A DNA stretch of 64,000 nucleotides, taken from assembly GCF_009834535.1 (NCBI RefSeq), contig NC_045714.1, forward strand, positions 27,962,001 through 28,026,000. The letters run 5' to 3'. Positions 12,061 to 24,671 of this stretch are shown here, piece by piece (the stretch's first letter is position 1; the number at the start of each line of letters is the position of its first letter). The stretch is from Camelus ferus. Taxonomy: Eukaryota. The position numbers and the translations under genes are program-made. The notes below the pieces were generated by a model that did not search any database, had not been told where the DNA came from, and saw only the letters and a program-made list of their open reading frames with translations.

Positions 12061-13489
12061 GGACTTTGACCAAGAGAGTGAGAATGGAAAAAAGAGAAAA
12101 AATTAAAATGAAAAAGGCAAACAGCCCAATACAAAGATAAGCACTGGCTGTAAACACATAAAGATAATAATCGAAGAGCATGGTCTTTATGTGGGCTGCC
12201 AGACCAGCAAGAACACAAAACACTGGTGACACCCAATATTGGAAATGCTAAGGGGGAAAATATTAATGAGGTAGAACTGACAGAAAATGACAGTTAAGTC
12301 TTTAAGAAAACTTTCTTACAATACTCATTTTTACTGAATCTACTGAAATAACAATTTCAGGTCACTTAAAAAGGATGAGGCTATTGGCAAATGTCTGTGC
12401 TGTGCTGTTCGCTAAGTTTATGTCAATACTCTTTGTATTCCTCAATGAGATACGATTACGGAAAAGACCTCAAAGTCCTTTATGTTATTTTTTATAAAAG
12501 ATAACTCAGGGCTCCCAAGATATGAGTTTTATTAAAGCAAAGTTACCAGCCTGGCAACTCTAGCTCACCCAGCATTATGCGTCTATCCCATGATGAACAC
12601 ATTAGCATTACTAGGATCTGGAAATGGAAAAGGGGAGAAACTCATGCAAATGGGAGAAGGTCCCCAATTTACACAAAAAGCATAAACACATTTACCCAAA
12701 CCACCAATACAGTAACAGCAACTCCATTTTTAGGGAACATGAGATACAGAAATGAACACCGAGGGGGAAATAGGCAAGGCCTTATAGTCCGTGGCTTTGA
12801 AACCGCTCTTGGAAAGGCATTTAAAGTAAGGTATGGAAGCCACTGAGAACAAGCAGTTTCCATTTCCAGTGATGCTGGTAATAAACAATCTGGGGCGGGG
12901 GCACCACCGAGCGGGACCGCTTTGTCCCTGCGGATGTGCATAGCCCAGAAGACGGCGAACCTCGGCCCACTGTGCAAAGCAGCCTTGTGGGCGAACAATG
13001 CTCCGACCTTCAGGAAAGTCACAGTTTAGCGTGAGGTTAAGTACTCATAACCAGAAGCTGAGTTATCTGTTTATGCCCTTGAGTTAAATAGCAAGGTAAC
13101 TTAGAGGAAAGAAAGAGGCTCTGGAGTGGTAACCGTTCAATCTGGACCACCAAAGGGAAGGGGAAAGGCAGGTGAATTGATTCTGACACCACTATAACAC
13201 AAGGTGACCAATGTTATAACAGCATCATGAGCACAGAAGAGAGGAAACTGAGGGTGACTTTGAAGAAGTACCATTTGAGTTAGGTCTTAAAAGTTGACTC
13301 CTAGGAGTTTTCCAGAGAAAAGAGAAACCTGTAAGTGTAAAGGCACCAAGGTCTAAAGGATGTCGGTTTGCAGGAAATAGAAAAGTGAGTGGCAGGAGGA
13401 GACAAGGCAGGAGAGCTAAGTCAAGGCAGGCCTCGACCTCAGTAGTTAGAGGAAAGCTATGTCCATGTATGTAATTTGTCACCTGTAGG

Positions 13490-14080
13490 AACATTTTTTA
13501 AGTACCTACTGCAACCTGAAAACATGCTCCCTGCTGGAGATACAATGGATCATCAAACAGAACCTGTCTTTGAGGCGCTTACACATTTGTGGAGAGATCG
13601 ACATTCATCAAATGGTGTCAATGGAAGTTCAGGAGGCTCGTGGGCCTGTAACAAGGGAGCCTGTGACAGGATAAACTTCCCTGCGGAGTGGACTTCGAGC
13701 AGAGAGCTGAAAGCAGCAGAGGGGAAGGGGAGGACCAACGTAGGCAGAGGCCCCAAGGTGAGCAGAAGAATGGAACAGTGGAAGAGAGGACTTGAGTCTG
13801 CTCTGGCTGAAGCAAAAAAGAAGGAAAACGTTACACCAGGTGAGGCTGGAGAGGCAGCCAACCACTCCAGAGATCTCGGCCTTTGTCCTGGAGCCCTGGG
13901 CAAGTCCTGCAGGGCTTTATGCACAAGATCAGACCTGTGATGTTGGGGGATTCCTCTAACTGAAGTGTCGACAGCAGGTGGGGCAGCGGCCAGAGCTGCT
14001 GCAGGCGTCCAGGTGTCCAGGTGAGGCGGGAGCAGGGACCGGCTGGGAGCAGCAGAGAAGGGGACAAGCTCTGGTGTGAA
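13490..14080 (-). mobile_element. L2 LINE fragment
   Basis: gtacctactg...ctgctggagatacaatgg and gcagggctttatgcacaag motifs typical of the reverse-complement L2 3' region; accounts for the 154 and 176 aa chance ORFs. Confidence 0.7.
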
Positions 14081-14329
14081 CATCAGAAGACGTGATTGGT
14101 TAGAGGTGAACTCTTCTCAGAAGTACTGAGGGGAAGGAAGATGGTGCTTTCACCCCAAGTCATCTTTCAAAGAGGGATGCTCAGCACAGCTTTTTCACTA
14201 ACGAGTGAAGAGCCCATGGTTGCATCAGCATCATCCCACCTCGCTCTGGGAATTAACCTCAGTCACTACTCTTCTCACCACAAGGAAGCCCAGCATTTGT
14301 CCTCAAAGGCTTCATGAGAGAAAAAGAGG

Positions 14330-14632
14330 CTTCTGATTTGTGACTGTACATTAGATTAACCAACTTAGAGGCAAATGACAAATTGAGCAGAGCCATTTGC
14401 AACATATACAACACACAAAGCATTAATGTCCTTCAGGAGCTCTTACAAACCAACAGAAGTATGAACATGAAACAGAAATAAAGAGATTGAAGTATGCAAA
14501 TACACAGATCATCAGAATGTTCCTGCACCACTGCTTCCAACAGTGAAAATATTAGATACAATCTAAATATCCCACTGATAAGAGTATGGACACTTAATGG
14601 AATCTATGCAGTCATTAAAAACAGTGTTGTGG
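14330..14632 (+). mobile_element. Ancient L1 (L1ME-like) 3' fragment, left part
   Basis: cagagccatttgcaacatatac...aatctaaatatcccactgataag...atggaatctatgcagtcattaaaaa; appears to resume at about 16160-16330. Confidence 0.65.
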
Positions 14633-14635
14633 ACC

Positions 14636-16160
14636 CCAAATGGCCAAAAGGATCTTGAAAAACAAAATCAAAATTGGAAAATTTGTATCTCCTAATTTCA
14701 CAACTTACTACAAAGTTATGGTAATCAAAACAGTGCAGTATGGGCATAAAGACAGACATACAGACCAATGGAACAGAACAGAGAGTCCAGAAATAAACCC
14801 TCATATTTATGGTCAAATGATTTTCAATAACGGTGCCAAGGCCATCCAATGGGGAAGAGGACAGGCTTTTCAATGAATGATGCTGGGAAAACTGGATAAC
14901 CACATGCAAAAGAACAAAGTTGGACCCTTACCTTAAATCATATAAAAAAATTAACTCAAAATCAAACAAAGACCTAAATGTAGCAGCCAAATCTATAAAA
15001 CTCTTAGAAGAGAAAATAGGGAAAAGCTTTGTGACATTGAATTTTGCGATGATTTCTCGGATATGACAACAACTGGCTACATCAAAATTAAAACCGTTTG
15101 TGGTCAAAGGGCATTATCACGAGACTGAAAGGGCATGCTCTCAGAATGGGGGAAAATATGCGCAAATCATATCTGAAAGAGATTAGTATCCAGAATATAT
15201 AAAGAATGCCTGCAACTCAAACAAATGAACAAACAACCTAATTTAAAAATGAGCCATGGACATAAATAGGCATTTCTCCAAAGATACACAAATAGTTGAA
15301 ACGACGGTCAACATCATTAATCATTAGAGAAATGCAAACCAAAACCACAGTGTCACATCACTTCACAGCTATTAGGATAACTATTGTCTAAACAACAAAA
15401 AATAAGTGTTGGCAAGGTGGCAGAGAAATTGGAACCCTCGTGCATTGTTGGTGAGAATGTAAAATACTGTAGTTGTTATCGAGAACAGGATGGCAGTTCC
15501 TCAAAAATTAAAAAAGAAATTAAACATAGAATTACCAATGATCCACATCCAGGCATATACACACCCTGAGAATTGAAAGCAGGGACTCAAACAAATATTT
15601 ATACATCGATGTTCACAGCAGCATTATTCACAACAGCCGAAAGTTGGAAACAACCCAACTGTCTACTGACAGATGAGTAGATAAACAAAGTGTGGTGTGT
15701 GTGTGTATGTCCCTATACATTCATATACCTATACACATATATATTTACATAACATATAGATGTATATTATATGAACATTATTCAGCCCCGANNNNNNNNN
15801 NNNNNNNNNNNNNNNNNNNNNNNNNNNNNNNNNNNNNNNNNNNNNNNNNNNNNNNNNNNNNNNNNNNNNNNNNNNNNNNNNNNNNNNNNNNNNNNNNNNN
15901 NNNNNNNNNNNNNNNNNNNNNNNNATAGAGCCAGCAAGCAGAAAAGTGATTACCAGGAGCTGCAGGGGGCAGTTATGGGGAGCTGAGGTTTAACGGATAA
16001 AAAGTTCCAGCTCGGGATGATGACGAGGTTCTGGACCCTGAGGGTGACGCCTGCACAACAACACGAATGCTTTTCCTGTTGCTACATCGTAGTCCTGAAA
16101 ATGGCTAAAATGGTAAATTCTATGATGTGAATAGTTTACTGCAATAAACAAAATTTAAAA
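14636..16160 (+). mobile_element. 5'-truncated L1 (L1MA/MB-like), ORF2 C-terminus and 3' UTR
   Basis: ORF 14640-14876 translates to L1 ORF2-like TYYKVMVIKTVQYGHKDRHTDQWNRTESPEINPHIYGQMIFNNGAKAIQWG; canonical L1 3' UTR motifs follow. Confidence 0.95.
15792..15924. other. Assembly gap (133 N)
   Basis: Run of N inside L1. Confidence 1.
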
Positions 16161-17132
16161 AGTGGTGCTGTATGGGTTTTAAAGGACTTTTATATTATGT
16201 CAGGTGGGAAAAAAGAGATTACAAAATTGTCTGCACAGCAAGATCACTTTGCTGTTGAAAAACAAATTTCTTGCCCACATGCGCCCAAGGAAGGGCTGTG
16301 AGTTTCCTCTTGGGGCCAGAACAGCACATGTGCCCTACCTGTGATGGAGGCGGGAGACTGAGTATCTAGCTTCCTTCACTCAGGAGAGGGGTGGTGGTGG
16401 TGTATCTGAGAATCAGCACTGACCACAAGCCACTGCCACACCAGAGACGGAGGTCCTGCAACTTTCTCTGCTCCTTCTCCGTCTGAACTGGTTATAAAGT
16501 GAGATCAGCCAGGACCGTGGGGTATGAGGAGGCAAGCTCCTAAGGCTGCGCTCAAGAAGATTCAAATTGTTACTAAGCAAAATGCCAAAGCGTCATCTAA
16601 TACAGTATTGTTTGGACTGAAAATTCCATTTGTTCTAAGCTTTCAGTTTGGATAAACTTCATGAGTCTGTCTCCTTATCAGCTGTGCCAGAGGAAACACT
16701 GCAGACTAAGTAGACCTTCAAAGGGGAGTGAGTACTTGACACAGTTCTGCTCTGAAGGAAGTGCTGGATTAGCATAATCTAGTTCACGGGCCACTGGGCA
16801 CCATCCTGAGGATGAACGCCAGGGTTGACTGTATTTGTACTACAAACAGTGCCGGGAAATGCCGACTGGAAGTAAAAAAATTAAAAACACAACGACGACA
16901 GAGTGGAGAGACAATGGGGCTGGGGGTCAGGTTCTGCCACTTGTCACCCAAGTCCTCCTTTGTTCAACGTATCCCTGAATCTGAATCTCAGGCCCTGGGC
17001 TAACTGCTGGGGGCGGGGAGACAGGGGAGAAGGTGCCAGAGAAACAGGGACCCCCTTAGACATACAATCCTCAGCTTCTTCACCTCTAACTCAGAGATGT
17101 TACCATTCTCAACATGCTAGCAGGATAACAGG

Positions 17133-17356
17133 GCAGGATATTTCAACCTCCGTGCCCTCGATGTTTTGGGCAGGCAGTGCCTTGTGGGGGCTGCCCTGTG
17201 CACTGGAGGGCAGTTGGTGGCATCCCTGGTTTTGGCCCACCAGATGGGCCAGCAGCTCCCTGCCATGGCTCCCACCCCAGTTATGACAATCAAAACTGTC
17301 TGCAAACATTACCGAATGTCCCCTGGGGCAAAGTCACCCCCAGCTGAGGACCTCTG
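17133..17356 (-). mobile_element. MER20 (hAT-Charlie), near full length
   Basis: ttcaacctccgtgccctcgatgttttgggc...ctgccctgtgcactg...ccagttatgacaatcaaaactgtctgcaaacattaccgaatgtcccctggggcaaagtcacccccagctgaggacctctg matches reverse-complement MER20. Confidence 0.85.
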
Positions 17357-17666
17357 AAATACATGAAAGCATTAAAAAAAGCAGAAAGCCCCAAATCAAG
17401 TCAGTATTAATGTAAATCCATCTGTAAGACCACTTGTTGAAAACAAAAATCCTTTAAAGAATTTATAGTTTTCTTAGGAATGTTTTTTCTATTTTTATAT
17501 ATTTGCCTACCATTAAAAGCCCTTCAGGGCTTTTTGGTTAATATTCTTTACCCAAACAAAGCATCTTCATTAGAACATATTTTTTAAATGTATCACTGTA
17601 CTAACATGACAGTCAGAGTCAAACTTAATTTCCATCTCTACAAAGCAGAAATTTTATCCAGAATCA

Positions 17667-17804
<138 letters not shown>

Positions 17805-20033
17805 CTAAAGTAAATAAAAAAAATCAGATATAACTTTCTCATTCAATGCAATGCAGAAAAGTCAATATCATGCACATTAAGAAGCCAAAAATAAGCATTT
17901 CACTTGGTTTGCGTTTTAATTTACTATAAATGATGAAAGGAATGTTGTATGTGCTCACAGATAACACCAGATTTAAACTTGCCATTGAGGTTTGTTGGAA
18001 ACCATGATGCTGGCTCACGCTGTGATCTAAGAGATACATTTCATTTCTCTCTGACTCAGTTCCACATTTCTAAAAGGAAGATGAAAATACTTCAGTGTAA
18101 AAATTGGGGTGATGAGGTGATGAAATCAGTGAGGGAAAGACTGTTTTCTTGTAAATATCAACCAATCATATTGGGACAAATAGAAGAAAGAAGTCAAACA
18201 GAGCCAATGCCGGCTGGAGGCGGGTGCCCCAGAGATCTGCCTGAGGTGGCTGGGCGGGGGACCATGGGAAGGAGCCAGGGCAGAGTCAGAAGGAACCCTG
18301 ACCCCAAACCAGCCAACAGGCGGCAGCCCCCCTCAGCTTCATATGGGGGACACAAGGCACAGTGTCACCAGATCTTCCCATTTGTTTCAGAGGAGCTGGA
18401 AACAGTGATTTTTATACAAAAATGTCCCACTTTTCAAACTTGGTTCAAAAAACTTTTAACATCTAAGCACCATAATTCATTAGCTTCTGGGCTCAGGTTT
18501 ACAAATCTACTGAAAAGAACAGCATTGAGTAGTGTGGGCTGAACAGAGAACTGGAAATCAGGAATTTGATTTTTCTTCCACAATCCTGTTGATACTATAC
18601 ATGCTCTGTGAAAATGGAACTATAGTCACCTATTAATGGTAAAAATAATTTAACTTCTTATATTTGTCAAAAGTAGATTAATATTTATTAGGGAACAGAA
18701 ACACATGGTTTTAACACAATGTCAACATACCGCACCACTAGCAAATTCGTGAAACTATTGTTTCATGTATCGGTGTTATTTATGAATGGAGAAACACAAC
18801 CTTAAAAGTCAAACCACACAATGAGATGAGACTGCCCTTTTGAGCTACACTACAGAAACTGGTAACCTGATGCTGGGAAAGGAAAAAATTGCACACAAAT
18901 CTAAATTTCTTCATTTAGATTAAGAGCTGATGTGTCAGGACTGATAATTCTGGTTCAGTTCCCAAGGACTCTGCAGACGGTTTGGAGTTGCGAGGTCACC
19001 TCAAACCTGTTTCACTGGTTTCTCGCAATGCCATCTCGGGTTGATCTCTTAGAATCTTCATAAATTCAAATGACACCAAAGTTTCACGCTGCTTCAAGGG
19101 GCAACGTGAGCCAAACGCTTCTTTTATTGCAAATACATGTACTCCTCCAACAGTAGAGAAAACCCTGGATTTCACTCACAAATATAAGTTTCTCGATAAG
19201 ACACCAACACTCCATCTCCTCTCACCTGCTCTCATTTTATAGCCCAAGGATGCTGTGCCTCGTGGAGGACAGATAGCCCTTTACAGTTGAGGGTTTTGGC
19301 AGTGTTCACGCAACAGAGAGGCAGCCTTGCCTCACACTGTTGTTTTAACAATTAAAGAATTTTGCTTCACATGCAGGGTTCAACTATGACTGAGCTAGAA
19401 AATATGTGGAAGACCTACATGGAAACAAGGATTGTTAAAATTTGGCCATAAATGCCCTATAAGGCCAGGACTAAAAATAGCCTGACAAAAATAAAGCAGA
19501 GGCCCATCCACATAAACGTTCTCCCTATAGTTACGGGGCTTTCCTCCCATGAGTCAGGTCTGACAAACGGAAGGCAGACCTTGAGCCCTGTGGTCCAGAT
19601 GCCCGAGCAACTGACCACACCACCCTTGGCGAAGCATTTTCTTCAGAACCACAGCGAGGCGAGAAAGGACAAATTCCCAGCTGCACTGAGGGGTCAGCGG
19701 GAAGACCAAGTCCAAATCAATGAGCAAGACGGCCAACATCTCCGGGCTGCCGGGGGCTCATGAGCACGTCCCCAAGTCTGCAAATGGAACAGTCTGAGTT
19801 CAACTGTTTGGGAACAGAGACTACTCACGCTGGACTCAAAATAAATATGTGTTTAATACATGTAATTAGTTCCCTTTTGTGAAAGGGAACTGGATATTCT
19901 TAAGACTTTCACTGCATAAAGTAACGGGTAAATGCAATCAAACTGATTGCTCATTGAAATTATTAGAAAAAGATGAACGCACTGGGACACTGAACATGGG
20001 CTAACGTCCTGTCCTCAACTAGACTTTCTCCTT

Positions 20034-20037
<4 letters not shown>

Positions 20038-20078
<41 letters not shown>
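20038..20078. repeat. (CA)n microsatellite, about 20 units
   Basis: Directly visible pure CA run. Confidence 0.97.
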
Positions 20079-20081
<3 letters not shown>

Positions 20082-20358
20082 TATCCCAGAGCAATTTTAA
20101 TGTTGGGGAACATATTTTAAAGGAACAACTTGAAGAAAAACTGCAAAATATTTACTTTGCTTTGAGGGGAAACCTCGGCTTGCTGGCACAACCTGCTGCT
20201 GCATCGGAGCCCGGCAGGTCTAATTGTGCTCTGCGCATCTGCGCTAAGGCACGCCCAGCTGCCCGGATGCAGGTATGAGGCGGGGCAGCACAGCTGTGCG
20301 TGGCACCCTGGGAAAATCTAGCCTCATGCTTTGGCTGGGAGGTGAGTTACATACTCAC

Positions 20359-20406
20359 AGCTTTATCGTAAAGCCTTCCAAATCAACCGATTCTTGGCAA
20401 AACTGA
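20359..20406 (-). other. Candidate 48-nt symmetric (phase 2/2) exon
   Basis: Minus-strand acceptor ttttttgttgtttttggtatttag, donor GCT|gtgagt; one open frame QFCQESVDLEGFTIK; no homology recognised. Confidence 0.15.
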
Positions 20407-21524
20407 CTAAATACCAAAAACAACAAAAAAGGTCTAGGGCCAAGGTGGCAAAGCTGGGAGAGAATAGAGGACAATCAGGAATGGAGAAAACACGGGGCCA
20501 GCAACGATGGATTCTAGAATGTTGTTAACGTAAGTCAAACCTTATGGGTGAGGTCCCCACGGTGCATATTAGTCACTTTGGGGAAATGAATTCACTGTTT
20601 TGAATCATGGGGACATGTGCTGAGAAGCCAAAGCTTGGGAGGACATGAAGACGAGCTGTAGGAGGAGACACTGGCCTCCCGAACAGCGAGTCCTGAACAG
20701 GACAGTCCACGGTTATCTACCTGAATGTTAAATTCCATCACACAGAATCTTGTGCCTTCCTGCTCCCAGCTGCAGGCCACCTGGTAGCCTTCACAAAATT
20801 ATGACAGCAAAGTCCTGACAATATTATCATCTTTAGACTGAAAATGTGTTATTCATAAATTTTCTTTTGGGAGATCTTTTTTTCTAGCAGTCTCCAAAAG
20901 CTGAAAACAGTTATCACAGTAAACGGGGTAAAAAAGTGGCACAGAAAAGTACCACTATCCCTAGTTCCTTCTCTATATACCACCTTTTAATGACATTTAG
21001 TTTTATTTCTAGCTCTAAAAAGCTGTTGGGACCAGTGAATATCATGGGAGACACAAAGTACTCTAACATTTTGAAAGTTAAAAGCCACTGGCTGGCAATC
21101 CCACTCTCTTGTAAACAGGGATCTGGAGAAGGAAGCAAAGCACGTGATGAGAGCTAGTGAACCTTCTCACCCTTTGCCGCAGCGGCACTTGGGTGGGACC
21201 TGGGAAACTGAGAGGCAGGGGTGATTCAGCCAGTGTCTGGTAGAAGCCCTTCATTCGCAGACGAGGAGGCTGAGGCCCAAGGGCATTCACCATCATGCCC
21301 CGTCACACGACCATTTGCTTCACTGCCTGACCATTCGCTGAGCGACTGACCATGGTGACCTCGGTTGCCATGGTCAGCCATCTCCACATCTGTAGTCAAA
21401 GATTCATGAAGTGCAGAAGAGGATTCCAGACAGGTGGAAAAGACCAGCCTTGTGTCAAGCCCACACCTGCTCCAGGTGCTCAGTCCCTCCTTTACGATCT
21501 GTCAGGATGACAATCCCTGCTTAC

Positions 21525-21610
21525 CTGGAATAGTCACTTCCACTTCTTTTTTTTAATACAAAGAATCCCTTCCCCCCAAACAAATAGGTAGGAAATTTCT
21601 GGTTTAAATA
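21525..21610 (-). other. Candidate 86-nt exon (phase 0 to 2)
   Basis: Branch point actaac, acceptor atttcatatgctactctag, consensus donor CAG|gtaagc; open frame YLNQKFPTYLFGGKGFFVLKKRSGSDYS. Confidence 0.2.
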
Positions 21611-21806
21611 CTAGAGTAGCATATGAAATATATAGATGTGTTAGTTTCCAAAGCTGGGGGCAGGGGCGGAAAAGCAGGCATCTGTCTGTCGTGGGGAACA
21701 CAACTGTTTTTCAAGGATTAAATATCACTCAATATTTATTGTCCACTAATGAAAATGAAAGCTGGAAGGAGCTAATATTCCTTTTAAAATCAGCTACTTG
21801 CATTTA

Positions 21807-21986
<180 letters not shown>

Positions 21987-22549
21987 CTATGTGGTTGCTC
22001 ATGATGAAATGGCAGTGAAGTTCATGACTGGACAGAAATGTTCCTATGGGACAGGGTATAAGCCATAACCCACTGATCTTTGCAAGTTTAGTATTCATGA
22101 TAGAAATGCTAGGGAGAAATTTAATTTTAATCAGGATAGGAAAGAGAGAATATCTACCCCTGGGCCGCCCCTTCAAGTGGGATGCCCAGAAATCCAGCAG
22201 CAGTTGGAATTACTATGAAACATCAAGAAGAGTTAAGCAGGTCAGTACTAGGGGGGCTCCAGAAAAGAATGACTCTGTGGAATTCCTTCTTCCAGGGAGG
22301 AGAGAACAGAGAGAAGCTACTGCATTTTTAGATGGACAGAAGATTGCCTGGCACCATACATCTTGGCTAGAAACAGAAGCCTGGATGAATGAAAAGGAAA
22401 CAAGTGAGAGGAAGGCAGGTACTGGATGACAGTTATCAAAACTAGTTAAGTTTCATTAAAATACTCTATAGAACTATGCAAAGCCTGTCTTCTTTCTTCA
22501 TCGATAGGCTAGTGCTGTCTAGCACTTTTGGAAAACTGGAATCTTCTAC

Positions 22550-22700
22550 AGCTGTACTGTTCGATAGAGCAGCCAGAAACATATGTGGTTACTGAGCACC
22601 TGACATGTGGCTGCTGTGACCGAGAAGCTGAATTTTTATTTAATTCCAATCTAATTTAAACAGCCACATTTGGCTAGCAGCTCTGTGGCACGGCTACAGA
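22550..22700. mobile_element. MER3 (hAT-Charlie) DNA transposon
   Basis: gtggttactgagcacctgacatgtggctgctgtgaccgagaagctgaatttttatttaatt...cagccacatttggctag. Confidence 0.8.
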
Positions 22701-22894
22701 CCTGTAAAAAGGTGTGCCTTCATAAATCCTCATACCTTATGAGTAAAGTAACCTGAGAATCTCAAGATAACTATGGATGCACGAACTTAGAAAGGCACCG
22801 TGAGTCCGTTTATGGCCAGCAGGGAAAGTCACTTTTGCACCTCTTTGGCTAAACAGTTTTTTTTTTTTTTAATTCTGTGCTGTAATTTAATGGT

Positions 22895-24190
22895 GAAAGG
22901 AAAATGTTTTCAACAAATGGTGTGTGAATACCAGATTTAACATGGAAAGAAAATGAAACTTGACACCTACCTCACACCATACACAAAAACTTATTTGAGA
23001 TGAATCATAGCCCTGAACATAAAAAAACCAAATCTATCTTCCCGACCCTGGGGTAGGAAAAGTTTTCTTAAATAGGACCCAGAAAGCACTAAATATAAAA
23101 GCAGAAAAAATCATTACATTGGATTTGGAAAAAATTAAAAACTGTTGATCAAAAGATACCATTAATAAAACAGACATGTATGCCACAATCTGATATAAAA
23201 TGTTCATAAATGCATATGTTTGACATAAAGGACATATTTACAAAATATCTAAAAATATTCCTAAAAATTGATAGTTATAAAATCACCCCAAGTTCGAACA
23301 GACACTTCACAATTAAAATGAACAACCGGTGAATCAGCATGTTAAAGTGTTCAATATCATGTCATGGGGCGGGGGCTGGGAGTGTACAGCTCAGTGGTAA
23401 GAGTGTGCGCTTAGCATGCACAAGGTCCTGGGTTCAATCCCCAGTACCTCCACTAAGATAACTAACTAACTAACTAACTAAATCTAATTACCACCCCCTC
23501 CAAAATCATCAGTCATCAAGCAAATGCAAATTAACACTATCACGAGATATAATTGCACAACCTACCACAATGACTACAATGAAAAAGACTGACACACGGC
23601 AAATGTTGCTAAGGATGGAGAGCGACCCAGATTCACACACTGCTAGTGGAAATGGAAGATGGTTCAACCACCTTGGCAAATGTCTCATCAGTTTCCTATA
23701 GTTAGACACACATTTATTTACCATCCGAGCCAGCAATTTCCACCTCAGGTAATTTACCTGAGGGAGATGAAACATATATGCACACAAAGACATGTATAGA
23801 AATGTGCCTGGAAGTTTTATTTGCAAAAGCCAAAATGGAAGACAACCCCAAAGTCTCAACAGGAGAATAAACAAATTGTGGTACATTCATGCAGTGAAAC
23901 GTTCCTCACCAAACCACTGAGATGCTCAACATGGTCTCATCTCAGTAACACGAAACTGAACACAGCCAGGCTAAAATACATACTGTATGATTCCATTTAT
24001 ATGAAGCTCCAGAAAAGCAAAACCAAATCTATGGTCAAAGTAATCAGAACAGTGGTTGCCTAGGGAGAAACTGACTGAGAACGGGCACAAGAGGACTTTG
24101 TGCAGCCATGGGGGTTTCATATCTTGACATCCACCTAAGATCAGTTTATTTCATTGTACAAATGTTATGTCTACCAATAATAAATAATTT
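22895..24190 (+). mobile_element. Old L1 fragment (ORF2 end and 3' UTR) interrupted by a SINE
   Basis: tgacacctacctcacaccatacacaaaaac, atcaagcaaatgcaaattaacac, catactgtatgattccatttatatgaag, cagaacagtggttgcc. Confidence 0.9.
23366..23505 (+). mobile_element. tRNA-derived SINE (camelid vic-1-like)
   Basis: cagctcagtggtaagagtg...aaggtcctgggttcaatccccagtacctcc, (AACT)n linker, ctaattaccacccc tail; approximate duplicated flank atcat(ca)gtcat. Confidence 0.92.
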
Positions 24191-24329
24191 TAATACTGTA
24201 CAAAAGTATGCTCTGTTGATAGTTACTTAAAATGTAAGTATTATGTCCCTAAAAATCTGTGGGTATTTTGGGGGAGATCAAAGTGAACCTCCCTGGGTAA
24301 TAAATCATAAAGTATGATGAAGGACAGTC

Positions 24330-24560
24330 TCCTCTAATGTCAAATAGTGTGACCCACAGAACTGCAGTTTCATGTGCTGCAACCAGCATTTTATTTTAAG
24401 GAAAGAAAATCGGAGAGAATATTGCAATGGGATAAAAAATAACGTTTCACATGGTGAGGTCAAGTAGTATTTTGTGAAAATTACATATGAATATACTGCG
24501 TTATGATATAAAGCCTATTTCTTACTGTGGGTTGTGATAAAAAGTGTTTGAAAACAATAT
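24330..24560. mobile_element. hAT-type non-autonomous MER (family uncertain)
   Basis: caaccagcattttattttaag...tatttcttactgtgggttgtgataaaaagtgtttgaaaac resembles a Charlie-group MER. Confidence 0.55.
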
Positions 24561-24626
24561 TCAAATATACTGTTATTTTAAGTTTTTTATAAATGTTGAT
24601 TATAGAGTTAACCTCTAAGGAGTATG

Positions 24627-24646
24627 CTGCCACCAGGTGGAGGTCA
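24627..24646. promoter_or_regulatory. CTCF-like motif
   Basis: tgccaccaggtggagg; minus strand reads ccacctggtggcagca; each is one mismatch from the CCACCAGGTGGCAG core. Confidence 0.5.
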
Positions 24647-24671
24647 CATGTCACAACTACAGGAGTTTAGC

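Noticed and set aside
13476-14083. Overlapping 154 and 176 aa ORFs on opposite strands (similarly 26964-27909)
   Set aside because: They lie within GC-rich degenerate L2 sequence, where stop codons are scarce.
14640-14876. ORF with clear protein homology
   Set aside because: It is a fragment of L1 ORF2 in a truncated, mutated element, not a host gene.
17949-18542. Longest ORF in the track (197 aa, +)
   Set aside because: It has a GTG start, no recognisable domain and no supporting splice structure. The length is within chance expectation for 64 kb.
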